Assembly: GCA_015680685.1 (NCBI GenBank)
Contig: MNCI01000741.1
Location: forward strand, 1 to 62,701
DNA length: 62,701 bases
From: Gnetum montanum
Taxonomy: Eukaryota > Plantae > Gnetophyta
Reading direction: 5' to 3'
Position 1 is the first letter of the stretch; every line of letters starts with the position of its first letter. The notes under the pieces are model-generated. The model did not search any database and was not told the origin of the DNA. It saw only the letters and a list, made by a program, of their open reading frames with translations. The position numbers were made by a program, and so were the translations under genes. Shown here one piece after another: positions 11,691-22,940 of the stretch.

Positions 11691-14600
11691 GCCATTAACA
11701 ATGTGGATGTGGAGCAAGGTTCAGAGATAGAGATCTCTAAAAATGAAACCTCCATTTAAACCGAAACGCCCGAATAGGCCAAAACCATTAACCTGAGCAA
11801 AGAAACAATGTGGGCCGAGCTACCCTTCCAAGTAGTAGATGAAAACATGAATGAATACCAATGCAAGGCTACCTGACCATATGCCCTGCCTAACCCACGT
11901 CAAGTTAGGAAATAACTACATAATTAGAACCCATCTTTACCATCACCTCAATAAATTGTTACACCTCCAATGACATAGTTTACACTTTTATAGCAAAGTT
12001 TGCTATTTTCAGAATTTACATTTTTACATTGAATTTGCTACGTGCATAGTTTACATTTTACATGAAGTTTGTTGTCACGACTATTTACATCTTACATTAG
12101 GTTTGTCATTTGCATAATTTACATGATTTACATTTGGTTTGCTACTTTCTATATGCATGATTTACATGTTGCACTAACTTTACTAATAGCATTTCCCTTG
12201 TAGTCAAATACCTTACATGGCCCGAAATGGCCTTAAACTATTGTCGTAGGCCGGAACAACCTTAAACTACCACCGTGGCTTTCTAAGGCCTAAAACTGGC
12301 AACTTTACTTCCCCAAAACTCAAAAAAACCAAAAAAAATAAAAATAAATAAATTATAATTGAAAAATGGCCCAAGAAGGCATTAAACTATTGTATGGCCT
12401 AAAACGGCCTTAAACTAGGACTAGGGGCCCAGATGTACTAATGGAAAATCAGCTAGAACAAAATAAAATAATGGTTTCACTCTACATTTTTATTAAATTT
12501 TCTTTCATATAGTAATGTTTGTAGAAAATGATTACAAAGAATGTAAAAAAAATGAATCCAAAAATAATTAAAAAAATAACAAAATCCTTCATCGCCATGC
12601 TACAAATCTTCGTTAGCATTGTTGTTTCCCATTCCACTAGGTCCTGCATCTCCATTTAAATCCTGCATGAGGTAGAAGATAAGACATTGAATCAAAACTA
12701 CAACAAAAGCTCTCATAAAATAAACTATGACACAACAAAAAGTGACTAACTCAAGATGGCCTCGCATCCATTTCGTAAGGTATCCTATCCATGCCAACCA
12801 CAAGATGTTGCAAGATCTCCTCTTCAGTGAGGTTAGCCGAATTTCCCTTTCTGAGATCAGTTCTTGCCACAAATTTTCCTTTTTCCATAGTCGTCCATCT
12901 AGGTGGTCCTAGAGAAAACTTCGTAGTGGTGGTCTCCCCGGTAGGTAAGGTCATTTCCCTTTTAGGAGACTCACTGACCTCCACTTATTGTATGAACTTC
13001 TCATAGGCCCCGGAAGTGCCAATAACATCAAGGAATAGTTCATGGGTATGCAACTTAACCAGAGCATCCTGATATTATTTATGATAGGTAGCACATTACA
13101 TTTATACATATTCTTATGGTTCTTTTGTGTTTGACCCTATCGGTACACCTTTGCGCTATAATCCTTCCAGTCTTGATTCTTCTAGGCTAGGAGGTCCATC
13201 TACATGCACTATTCTATGATCTCGCAAGTGGCCTCATTCTTACTTCGTATGGCCATCCAATATCTTACATAGTCAATAATGACCATAGAACAATTGGCAT
13301 TGCGAGTGTCATGGGCTAACAAAAATTCATTTCTAGACTAAAGGTTCCCCACCTCAGCGATTAGGTTGGCCTTCTCTTTCTCAAGTTTCTGTACCCTCTT
13401 CCAGAGGTCCTCATTCACATGCCTACACTCTCATAAGGAGTGTGAAAATTATAATGCACATTTACTTATTTACTCATTTATGTGATGGGGGTACCTCAGC
13501 TACATCTGGAGGAAGTTTAGGCATAGCATTGACTTCAACGACTTGTCGGGGATCCCACTTGAGGCGAGAAGCTATCAATCACACGTGGGCAAGTGTTAGT
13601 CATAATTCCATAGCAAAGAAATGTAACAAACTTAGAGAGCCTAATTTAGTAATTGAAATATACCTATCTTGGGGTTGATATGCCTTAGGCGATCGATCAT
13701 GTCATCAACCACCCCCTGCATAAAGGTAAATTTATTAGGGGTCTCGGTCCATGATCAAAGATGGATCCAGGAAGAAGGGTCAGGGGCATCAACAGTGGTG
13801 TCTGCTACACAATAAAACATGTTAGCAATGATAGAGAGGAAAAAACATAGCTAATGAACAACACAAATAATAGTGTAAAGCTCCTACCTAGCAAACCCTT
13901 AGGGGTGATAGCGGGGGGATCACCCATCGACACACTATCAAGCAAGCAATCAAACTCACCAACATCAAATTGTGGTCCTTCTCTTTCCATCTGATGCAAA
14001 AGTGTGATGGCATCCTCAACACTCATATGTCCCTTAGGCACTGAGGCACACTCTATGAAAAGTTCATCTACTGCTGAGGCCTCTTCCTCCATAGTAGGGA
14101 CCTCTTCTTTGGTAGTTAGGGCCTCTTCTTTAGTAGGCACCCTTGCTCCAGGGGCCAAAACCTCTTCCTCTTTGTCTTCCTCTTTTGATAAACATGATTC
14201 GAAGTAAGCAAGATACATCAACATAAAATGGGTGCTACGTTGTGCTACGCTACACAGAGCAGCATAGTGTAGCAAGTGCTACACTAATTGGATAGACAAG
14301 CACACTTACCAACTAGGGGTTGAACCTTATGAACTTTGATTCGTAGATTTCTTACCCTCTCTTCATTCGTATGGGAAGGTTCTTCTACAGAACGAGACCT
14401 TTTACATTGTAGCTAAGTTTTCATAGTCTCTACAATGAGGCATGCCCCTCTTAACACATTGCCTGTGTTAATGGAAGGTGTCTGTTCCACATTGTCCTAG
14501 GCACAAAGGGACATGCCACCTAATCCCTCATTGTAATCGAAAGTGATTCCCCAATAGCTTTTGGGGTGTCTTGGGATCTGGTGGTATGGAAGACTTGGTA

Positions 14601-16820
14601 GATCCATGGCTTAGATATGTAGTTATAATCTTTCTGTACCCAGGTAGCATTTTCACAGACTACTAAGAATTCTGCGAACCATCATAGTCAAGCTACGAAG
14701 AAGGCGTAATGCATGTTGAAATGGGAGTCAAGCTTCTCACGAAGCTTGACCATTTCAGTGCATAGGCCTTCAGATAAGTACTTGGCCATGGGTCCCTTCT
14801 TCCATGACCTCCCTCATTATCTAGGCCTACTCTACTCCAAAGATTTTCCCTTGGGAGAGTAGCTTGGGGAAGGCACGGGCCCAGAAGATACGGTAAACGG
14901 TTTGGACCACCGCTAGCTTGACCTTGTGGATATAAATCCCTTTTCGATCCTTGCTTGTCCCTAGCCATTGCTTGATATCCCCTTGATGGTTTGCATCTTT
15001 GCTAGATTTTTCTTCAATAGGGAGACCATCAGAAGGGACAGCAAAAAGATCCACAACCAGTTGGTCATTAATTTTAAACACCACCCACACATTGTGAACA
15101 CGTGTGCGGAAGTGATCAACCTTTTCAAAGAAGGAATTAGCCAGGGAAAGCATTTCTATAGCTAGGACATTTGGATTTACCATAAATAATAAATCCATGA
15201 ACCTAGCCTCCTAATTTTTGTGAACAAGGATGGCTGGGGCCCCATCGCAAAGCCAACGCTAAGTCTTCTCCACCTCCCTATACTTGAAGAAGAGGTTGGT
15301 CTTGTTATGCCTAGAGGTAATCACTATGACCTCTTGAGATTCACTCAACACTACAACAATTAGCAACAACAAAAAAAATTAGCAAAATCAAAAACAAAGC
15401 ATCACCTGAACATATAAAAAAAATGCATAGTTTAACATACCAAGTCTAAATAGCATAGGAAACGGTGGAATTTCCACCAAAACATCTTCTATGGTAAGTG
15501 GTCGATGAGATGCCCATTCACTATCCAACTAGCCAACTTCTTTACATTTCCCATAGAATTTGGAATACTTGGTTGGATAGGTTTCAAAATCAAACCTGAG
15601 TTGTCCTATAACACCGATGCACACATTCCTGATAAAGGAAAACTCTTATAGCACCATTTGGGCCAATGCCAAGATATCTGTGTTACTGTGAAGACCATCG
15701 TCATCAATATAAAACCTGGCAACATGTAAAAATATGGTAAGCATTTTGACTAGTGTAAGGTAAATAATACATCACTTTTAAAACACCTTCACAGGACGTA
15801 AATGGTTCTAGGTGGGTTCTGAAAGCAGGTGCCCATGTGATGGGCAACATATAACATGTTTAATAGGTGGTAGCATTTGTATTCGAGCATGTCCCAGATC
15901 CAACTTAAGTGCCTCAAGCCCTTTGGGCACTGGTTTGAGCCTTCTGCCCCTTCACCTTTGATCAACCCATCAGCCATGAACTTCAAAATGCTCTAGTTTG
16001 CCTTAGGTAACAACATCTCTATAAGTACAACTACTATCTCAGCTGATAAGTGTGACCATGCAATCACAATAAAATGGTGGGGAAGGAACTTAAGGAAGTC
16101 CTGTAAACCCTCCTAGAACCAAACTGCCTGATGCCCCACCTATGTATGGGGTGGGGGGACATTGGCTATAGGTTCGCTAAGGTAGCATAGGGCTCCTACC
16201 ACCTCAAGGATGATCAAGACGAGTTTGAGCATGACCCTGTGCAATACCATAGGAGAGCATTAGTGTAACATTCAAGTGACGATTACCAAATAGTGTAGTG
16301 TAGCCTTTGTTGTATAATTTTTTCCTTAGGAATGAAACAATAAGTTCCTATTGAAACAAAATTAAGCACTACATGTAGTGTATAAAAGTGTCACACATAT
16401 CATAGCATAGCGTAGCATCCAGTAGTGTAACGGTTACGTGTTGCATAGTACAACGTAGCAGGCACACCCTGTATAGCATAGTGTAACTGACACACTTTTC
16501 ATAAAAGCGATGGCTATGGTATGCGTAGCATAATCAGACATCCACACCCCATGTAACTGTTGGCGACCGTTTGGGACGCGACTGCCAACGAGTGTCCTCG
16601 AACAGGATTTAGGTGCCTGCTGGTCTCTAGCAACACCAAGGCCCAGATACCTCCAAATAACTCAGTAGTTAATGTGAGTATGTGTGTGTGCTATTGTGGC
16701 GTGCTGTTGTGAGAAATGTAATGATTGCATGTGTGTAAACTACAAATGACTTACTTTAAGAGATTCAGCCAACTTTGTCAAGTACTGTGAATTGTTGAAA
16801 GTTTCCTATTTTGTTCAACT

Positions 16821-17062
16821 NNNNNNNNNNNNNNNNNNNNNNNNNNNNNNNNNNNNNNNNNNNNNNNNNNNNNNNNNNNNNNNNNNNNNNNNNNNNNNNN
16901 NNNNNNNNNNNNNNNNNNNNNNNNNNNNNNNNNNNNNNNNNNNNNNNNNNNNNNNNNNNNNNNNNNNNNNNNNNNNNNNNNNNNNNNNNNNNNNNNNNNN
17001 NNNNNNNNNNNNNNNNNNNNNNNNNNNNNNNNNNNNNNNNNNNNNNNNNNNNNNNNNNNNNN
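16821..17062. other. Assembly gap
   Basis: Run of N. Confidence 1.
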
Positions 17063-17899
17063 GGTCCCATCAAAATACCAAAGATTTTCTGAACCCTCTT
17101 GACTACTAGATTGTTCCATAGCGTGACTGCAAAAAGAGGCTTTCTTTCAACAACCCAATAGCAGTTCCCAAACGTTGCACAATAACAAAATTTACTATTA
17201 AAATGCTCTTAAGGCTTTTAAACACAAGCGCTTCTATGGCAAAATTTTAATAGAAATTTCTATCGGGCAACAAGAACAATAAGAGCAATCTAAAAATCCC
17301 AAAATTACTTGCCAAGGATGATACTATCTAAACCACTAGCTAAACAATTTAAACAAAACAAAAAATGAAATGCATAACTCACAGGACCATGACAAAGAGG
17401 CTGAAATCTTTATTCTAGCAAGCCATCTTCCAAGAAATCTTCTTTACAAATCTTCCAAGTGTGATGTGTGAGACTCCTTGTGATTTTCCCCCTTCCTCCT
17501 TCTTTCTTTTTTGACCCCTGAAGCCTTTTTATAGGGTTCAAAGGTAGGTAGGGAAGTTACATATTCAAAAATATCTCACCTAACTTTTCTCCCAAGTAAA
17601 TTAGCCAACCAATGAGGAGATTACTCACCCAACAAGTTAGGAGGTCACTTTCCCAACAAGTTAAGTAAGTTACAACAATTAAAATCTGCAACTGATAAGT
17701 GTTTACATCATACATATCCTCAAGATTTTGGTTTTTTTAAAATATAATTTAAATATGTAGGTAAATATCAACATTTATATTCAATAATTATCCTTGAGGC
17801 TACGTTTCATTCATCATCATTTCATTTTTTTTAAACACTTCACGGGACAGAAAATACGTTAGCTTTATGGGAGGATAAATACATTTCAAATGTAAGGTT

Positions 17900-18550
17900 T
17901 TCTAACGCGGTTAACCGTGTTGCTTGATGCTCCTTCTGTGCGCAGCTCCCTCCCGCGATTTGTGTTGCTTCTCCACCAAACTGCTCCATTCGTTATTTCT
18001 CTGCCACCACTCTACATCGGATTGGCCCAAAGGTCGCGATTACCGCCGTTGGTTTGTTGCTGATGTCGCCAAAACCCTGCAGCTGCATTGCTACCACCAT
18101 CTCCATGTCTTCCGTGTCCACCATGGCTGTGTGTCATCTATTGAACTCTCCACAAACACGATTACAATTGGAACAACTTTTTCGCAGAGCTCGGTATCAG
18201 TTATATTAATGGTGAAATGACTTGAATTTGTGAACCCTCGGCAATGGTGTCTTGCCCCTATTCGTGGACAGCGTCCAAGTCCAGCGCATTCGTATTTTTG
18301 TTTTGCAGTTTTTGCTCGAAACTGTCCAGAGTTGCAGGCAAAGGCGTACGCATAGCAACCGGCTGTGTTTTGACCCTGCTTCATTCATTTTCTATAGTCT
18401 TTGGCCAGGAAATTAAGCTTACTACGAAAACCGAACAAAGAAACCCTCCGTGGCAAGTGTTTGGCAAATTTCCAAATAGAATATGGAGTGATTTCTGGCG
18501 TGTTCGTAGTAAATTTTAGCAGCAAGCATCACTGCGTTTTTGTTGCCATT
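17900..18550 (+). other. CpG-rich, non-retroelement-like island with a possible first exon (18063-18193)
   Basis: CpG retained unlike the flanks; MSPKPCSCIATTISMSSVSTMAVCHLLNSPQTRLQLEQLFRRAR followed by a CG|GTATCA donor-like site and T-rich sequence. Confidence 0.35.
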
Positions 18551-19780
18551 GATACTGCATTTTTCTTTTTTGTGTTTAATCCTGTTTCTGCAAGTATTCA
18601 ATAACTATTTCTTCTTAACACAGAACCCATTTTCCCTGTTCTTGGCTTCTGTAAAAGCAGGACCAACATCATTTCATGCTTGATATATTTATGTGGCCAG
18701 GCCCTGTATGTTCTATGCCTACCACAGTTGCTGAACCAGTCTAAGTTTGGTTAAATGTAATATGCTGAGATATTACATTCTTTGCCTAATGTAGGGTTAA
18801 ATTAAATATGTGTTTTATCTCCATGAAACTTATCCGAATTCCAGCACCCATTTCATTTTTATTCTTCTTAAGTAAATTGAAACTCCTGCTCCATGTAGTC
18901 ACTGAAAATGTGCCAACAGTAACCATAGCAAAATGGTAAGCATAGTAAAATACTAAGAGGTGTAGCAGAATAGTAATATCAATAACATAGTAGCATAGTA
19001 GGTCTACTGGCATAGACACATAGCAGGCCTGCCATTGTAATAACCTTGATAGCTAGGACAACGTGGTGTAATAGGAATTAATAACATAATCAAGTAATAG
19101 TTATAGTGTTAGAACAACATGGCTTAGGAAAAATATAGACAACATTTCCACTGTCCCAGGCACAATAAACACCCCCCCCTTTGCTCATGCTATGCTATGT
19201 CGGGCATGTGCTACATTGTCCCGAAATGTCATAAACAAAAATCCCCATCTAAGGATGATATGCTACGTTAGGCATGCACTATGATGTCCTAAATTGCCCA
19301 AACCTTCAATGGTAGCCAGGGTAGTGCCACACATAGCCATAGCATAGCAACTGCCATGGACATTCTAGCTGAAGTCACGATAGCCACAAATTTATGGCCA
19401 AAACAAAAACAAAGGAAATAGCAACAGTTTTAGCGTAGCCACAATGATGACTGAAACAATCAAAACAATGACAACAATAGTCATCTAACTCAATAAATCA
19501 AGCAAACAAGGGTAGCGTAACACTTACAGGGTGGATAGAGCCTCTTGCTACTCCTCAACATATGCCTTTGAGAGGTGTCCCAGAGTGTCCTTCACTTTGT
19601 CCACCTTGGTAAGACCTTGATTCTTGCATTCACTTTTACGCACCATTACCTTATTTACAAATCAATTATACCAACTGCTACACTATGCCTGTCATGCTCT
19701 CTCTCTCTCTGTTCAACCATGTTACACTCTGGGTGTGGGCTCTGACAATGAAAATAACAAGTTTACTAGCGGTAATCCCC

Positions 19781-19788
19781 TATTTATA
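19781..19788 (-). promoter_or_regulatory. TATA box of the antisense gene
   Basis: Minus strand CTATAAATAGGGG, ~135 nt upstream of the exon-1 ATG at 19646. Confidence 0.55.
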
Positions 19789-19969
19789 GCTAGTGTAGTA
19801 AAAACCCTTGTCACTTTCATGCCCCAGGTAATGCAGAACACCCCTGCAGCATAGCACTACTATAGTGTAACATGCACCCGCTACAATGTAGCATTCATTT
19901 GCAATGTAGTAAGTGGGCTCACCACAATTCTCACTTTATCTTTACAAATTTTATTGGTTACAATCTGCT

Positions 19970-20385
19970 ATGACCTTAAACTAGCAATCCTAACTTCCTT
20001 CACATTTTAAACCTATTAACGGTCTGCAAAGACCTTAAACTAGCAATTTTAACCCACAATATAGCCCAGTGATGGTCCACCATGACCTTAAAGTGGTAAT
20101 TTTAGGATTCTCTCTATAATAGCTCAGTTATAGTACACTATGATCTTAAATTGGCGAGCCTAACCTCATTTACATTTTAAACTCGATAACGGTTCGCTGA
20201 GACCTTAAACTAGCAATTTTAACCTATAGTGTAACTTGTTAACAGTCTTCCATGACCTTAAAATGGTGATTATAGCATTTGTCTTGTGATATTACATAGT
20301 TACAGTCTACTAAGACCTTAAATTGGCAACTTTAATTTACAAATTTTTACATAGTGGGAGTCCACTAAGACCTTAAACTAGCAAT
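19970..20385 (+). repeat. Array of GACCTTAAACTAGCA-core repeats in the PR-RT spacer (related copies at 12228-12420)
   Basis: Repeated (a/g)accttaaa(c/t)t(a/g)gca cores; same core as the 3' UTR arrays. Confidence 0.8.
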
Positions 20386-20489
20386 TGTCTTATGTTGCAT
20401 TATGGCCATACATATCTTCATTACATGTTGTTGCTTCAAACAGGTATCACTTGACTTGGTCTATTTGCTCATGGTGATAGGTCCAATTG

Positions 20490-21130
20490 AAGAGAATGGC
20501 TATGCATGGTGATTTTTGTTCGCCTTTGACCTTGATGGGTCCTTATGGCAATTTACAAGATGCTTGAATCTTGAATTGCTAGACTTGGAATCACCCACTC
20601 ATGACACTGTAGAATTCTTGGAGACATCTCTAGATTGGCTAGAACATCTGGTCTAGGCCTTAGACCTAGAGGCTAGTGATGTGACTGAGGACCCTCTTAT
20701 GGAAATCCCTATAACTACCTCTAGAGATGAAGCAAAAACCCTAAAAGTTAGCTTCCTATTACATCCACAGGTTCCATCACTATAGATGATCTTCTCAAAT
20801 GTTATAGATGAGGCTCAAAACAATGAGTCAAGGATCATCGAACTTGACTCCATAGAGGAGGAGCATGCTCAAACACTTGGTCATATCAAATGGTACTAGG
20901 ACAAGCAATGACAAAAGCATCATTGCAACCTACATGAATGACCAATCAAAAAGGGGGATCTAGTCCTCAAAGCTGTTCGTGGACCTACAAACAAATTCTC
21001 AGCCAATTGGGAAGGCCCTTTCATAGTCACAAAAGCCTATGAGAACAGAGCATTCAAACTGGCTAATATGGATGGCAATGAGTTTGCAAATCTTGTTAAC
21101 CATTTGTACCTCAATCCATACTACATTTGA
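20490..21130 (+). pseudogene. pol: pol remnant of B: pre-RT stub joined by deletion (~20770) to the integrase C-terminus
   Basis: EDPLMEIPI..KTLKVSFLLHPQ (pre-RT, compare D) directly followed by VPSL..RIIELDSIEEE..KGDLVLK..KFSANWEGPFIVTKAYENRAFKL..VNHLYLNPYYI*. Confidence 0.85.
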
Positions 21131-21164
21131 TACAAAGGACTGCAAAGCAAAGTAAGCACATCAT

Positions 21165-21466
21165 TTTCTATGACATAAAACTTGCAAAGACAGTCTGCTA
21201 TGATTATAAATTGGCATAGATAGTCCACTATGACTATAAACTGGCATAGCTCATCTACCATGACATTAAACTGGCATAGATTGTCCTTAGACTATGACGA
21301 AAAATTGGCACCCACAGCATGATCCACTACAAACTTAAACTGGCCATCCCCTATCTACTACGATGTTAAACTAGCACATTGGTCTACTAGGACCTTAAAC
21401 TAGCACATCACGATCTACTAGGATATTAAACTAGCACATTCGATGGTCTACCAAGACCTTAAATTG
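21165..21466 (+). repeat. ~30-bp tandem repeat array in the 3' UTR of B
   Basis: ctatgac(a/t)ttaaactggca cores repeated about 10 times. Confidence 0.85.
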
Positions 21467-22940
21467 GGTTCTAGTGTAGTGTATCCCAGCTCACACATAT
21501 GATATCCCGAGCAAGTGAGCGTGCATAGCTCTAGATTTCCTGGACAACTTGGGGTTGGATGTTGCAGTTCTAGAATGAAGTTCACATCGTTAAGAAAAAA
21601 CCCTCTGGGACATATGCAACGTCATCACCCCTAGCATTTTGCTAATCCTCTGGAGATGTTTTTCAACATCTTGCTGACCTTTCGAAGATACTGCTACCAC
21701 AACTAATCATCTTGGTAGTAGCTCCTGCTGTCAACACTTACTGCTCGAGTCCCAACACTATTGTGGCCCAGCCATAATGCTACCATCCTCCAGCCCTTTC
21801 CATCACCAGAGTGCAAAAGGCATTCAGCTGTTAGGCTTCTTTCCTCGTAGCTAGAATACATTGTATTTTCCTTGGATGGGGATTCCTAAACATTCACGTC
21901 ATCATGACTCCTAGCTTTTTCAATGCTCATTTTTGGGTGGGGCCATTGAATATTTTCAGCTTGCCCCTATCAAAATTCATGTTTACCTTCCTACTTTGGA
22001 CATTGCATGTGCCAAACGTAAGACTTGCCACCATGGTAGTATCTTGAGCGGGTGAGAATTTGCCCTCACTTCACTTCATGGTTATTTTTCTGGTTTTCTC
22101 TCTATTTTGTTTGTAGGATAAAAGCCAAGGTGGCATTGCTCAGAGATATGTTACACTGTGAGAATGAGACACTGCATTATTCTAAAGTACCCTCTTTGAT
22201 CCTTCTAGCTACTTAAGAGTGCACACCTCACCCTCCTTCCAACCAACTTAATTCCCCTTCACTATGTTTGCAATTCTTGTTATCTCCCTTGCAAGCTTTT
22301 CCAATGTACAAATAGCCCTTTCACATACCCAACCCTCAAGTCTTCAATGGGTGTAATGCAACTCACCTTGTGGGAAGCATTTGTAGGAATTTCAAATCCC
22401 CTTTATGATGTAACACAACTCATCTTGGGGAGGAAACACCTATCCGACAATAATAGCAAGGTTGTCTACCAGTGAACGTGGATGTACAGCAAAAGAAAAG
22501 CACAAAGAGCAAAAGTTAACAAAAAAAAAGAGCACAAAGTGCCTAAAACAAGTGGCACAATAGCTCCTTGGCAATCATTCCATCCATAAATTGACCATCT
22601 CTAAGCATTCCAGTGAGAGGCCAAAGGCCAAACAAAAGACACCCATGCATGCTGACCTCCTCATAAGCACTCCAATGAGGGATCACATGGTGGCAAAAAG
22701 TTTCACACTATCTCATTCTACATTCATCCCTTCCCCAAACCTATTTCCTCAAATACATTCCTCGCCCCTTCACCTTACAATTATTCTCCCAATCACTCCC
22801 CCCAGTACTTTCAAGTGTAATGAAGCGTGCTCTAAGTAGGCATTAAAGGGTAATGTTGGTATCTTATTCCTCATGGTGTTTCATATTCTTTGTTGACGTC
22901 TCTCAAGTAGATCCTCCAGACATCAACAAAGAGGGGCCAT

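Larger units (their letters stand above)
12600..19646 (-). pseudogene. Multi-exon antisense passenger gene of B (FCP1/NIF HAD-like domain + PMD/Transposase_32-like domain + acidic tract + coiled coil), now carrying stops
   Basis: Exons 19646-19528, 16236-15787, 15715-15441, 15350-14310, ~14182-13888, ~13804-13664, 13571-13495, 13422-13149, 13068-12751, 12662-12600. GT-AG introns with T-rich interiors; phases match at introns 1, 2, 3, 8 and 9 (others not checked); homologue at 56363-57828. Confidence 0.8.

Noticed and set aside
12600-16236. The multi-exon gene as an ordinary host gene
   Set aside because: It is decayed like the surrounding element, its introns contain the element's CTACG motifs, and a homologue recurs in the same antisense, pre-RT position in E.
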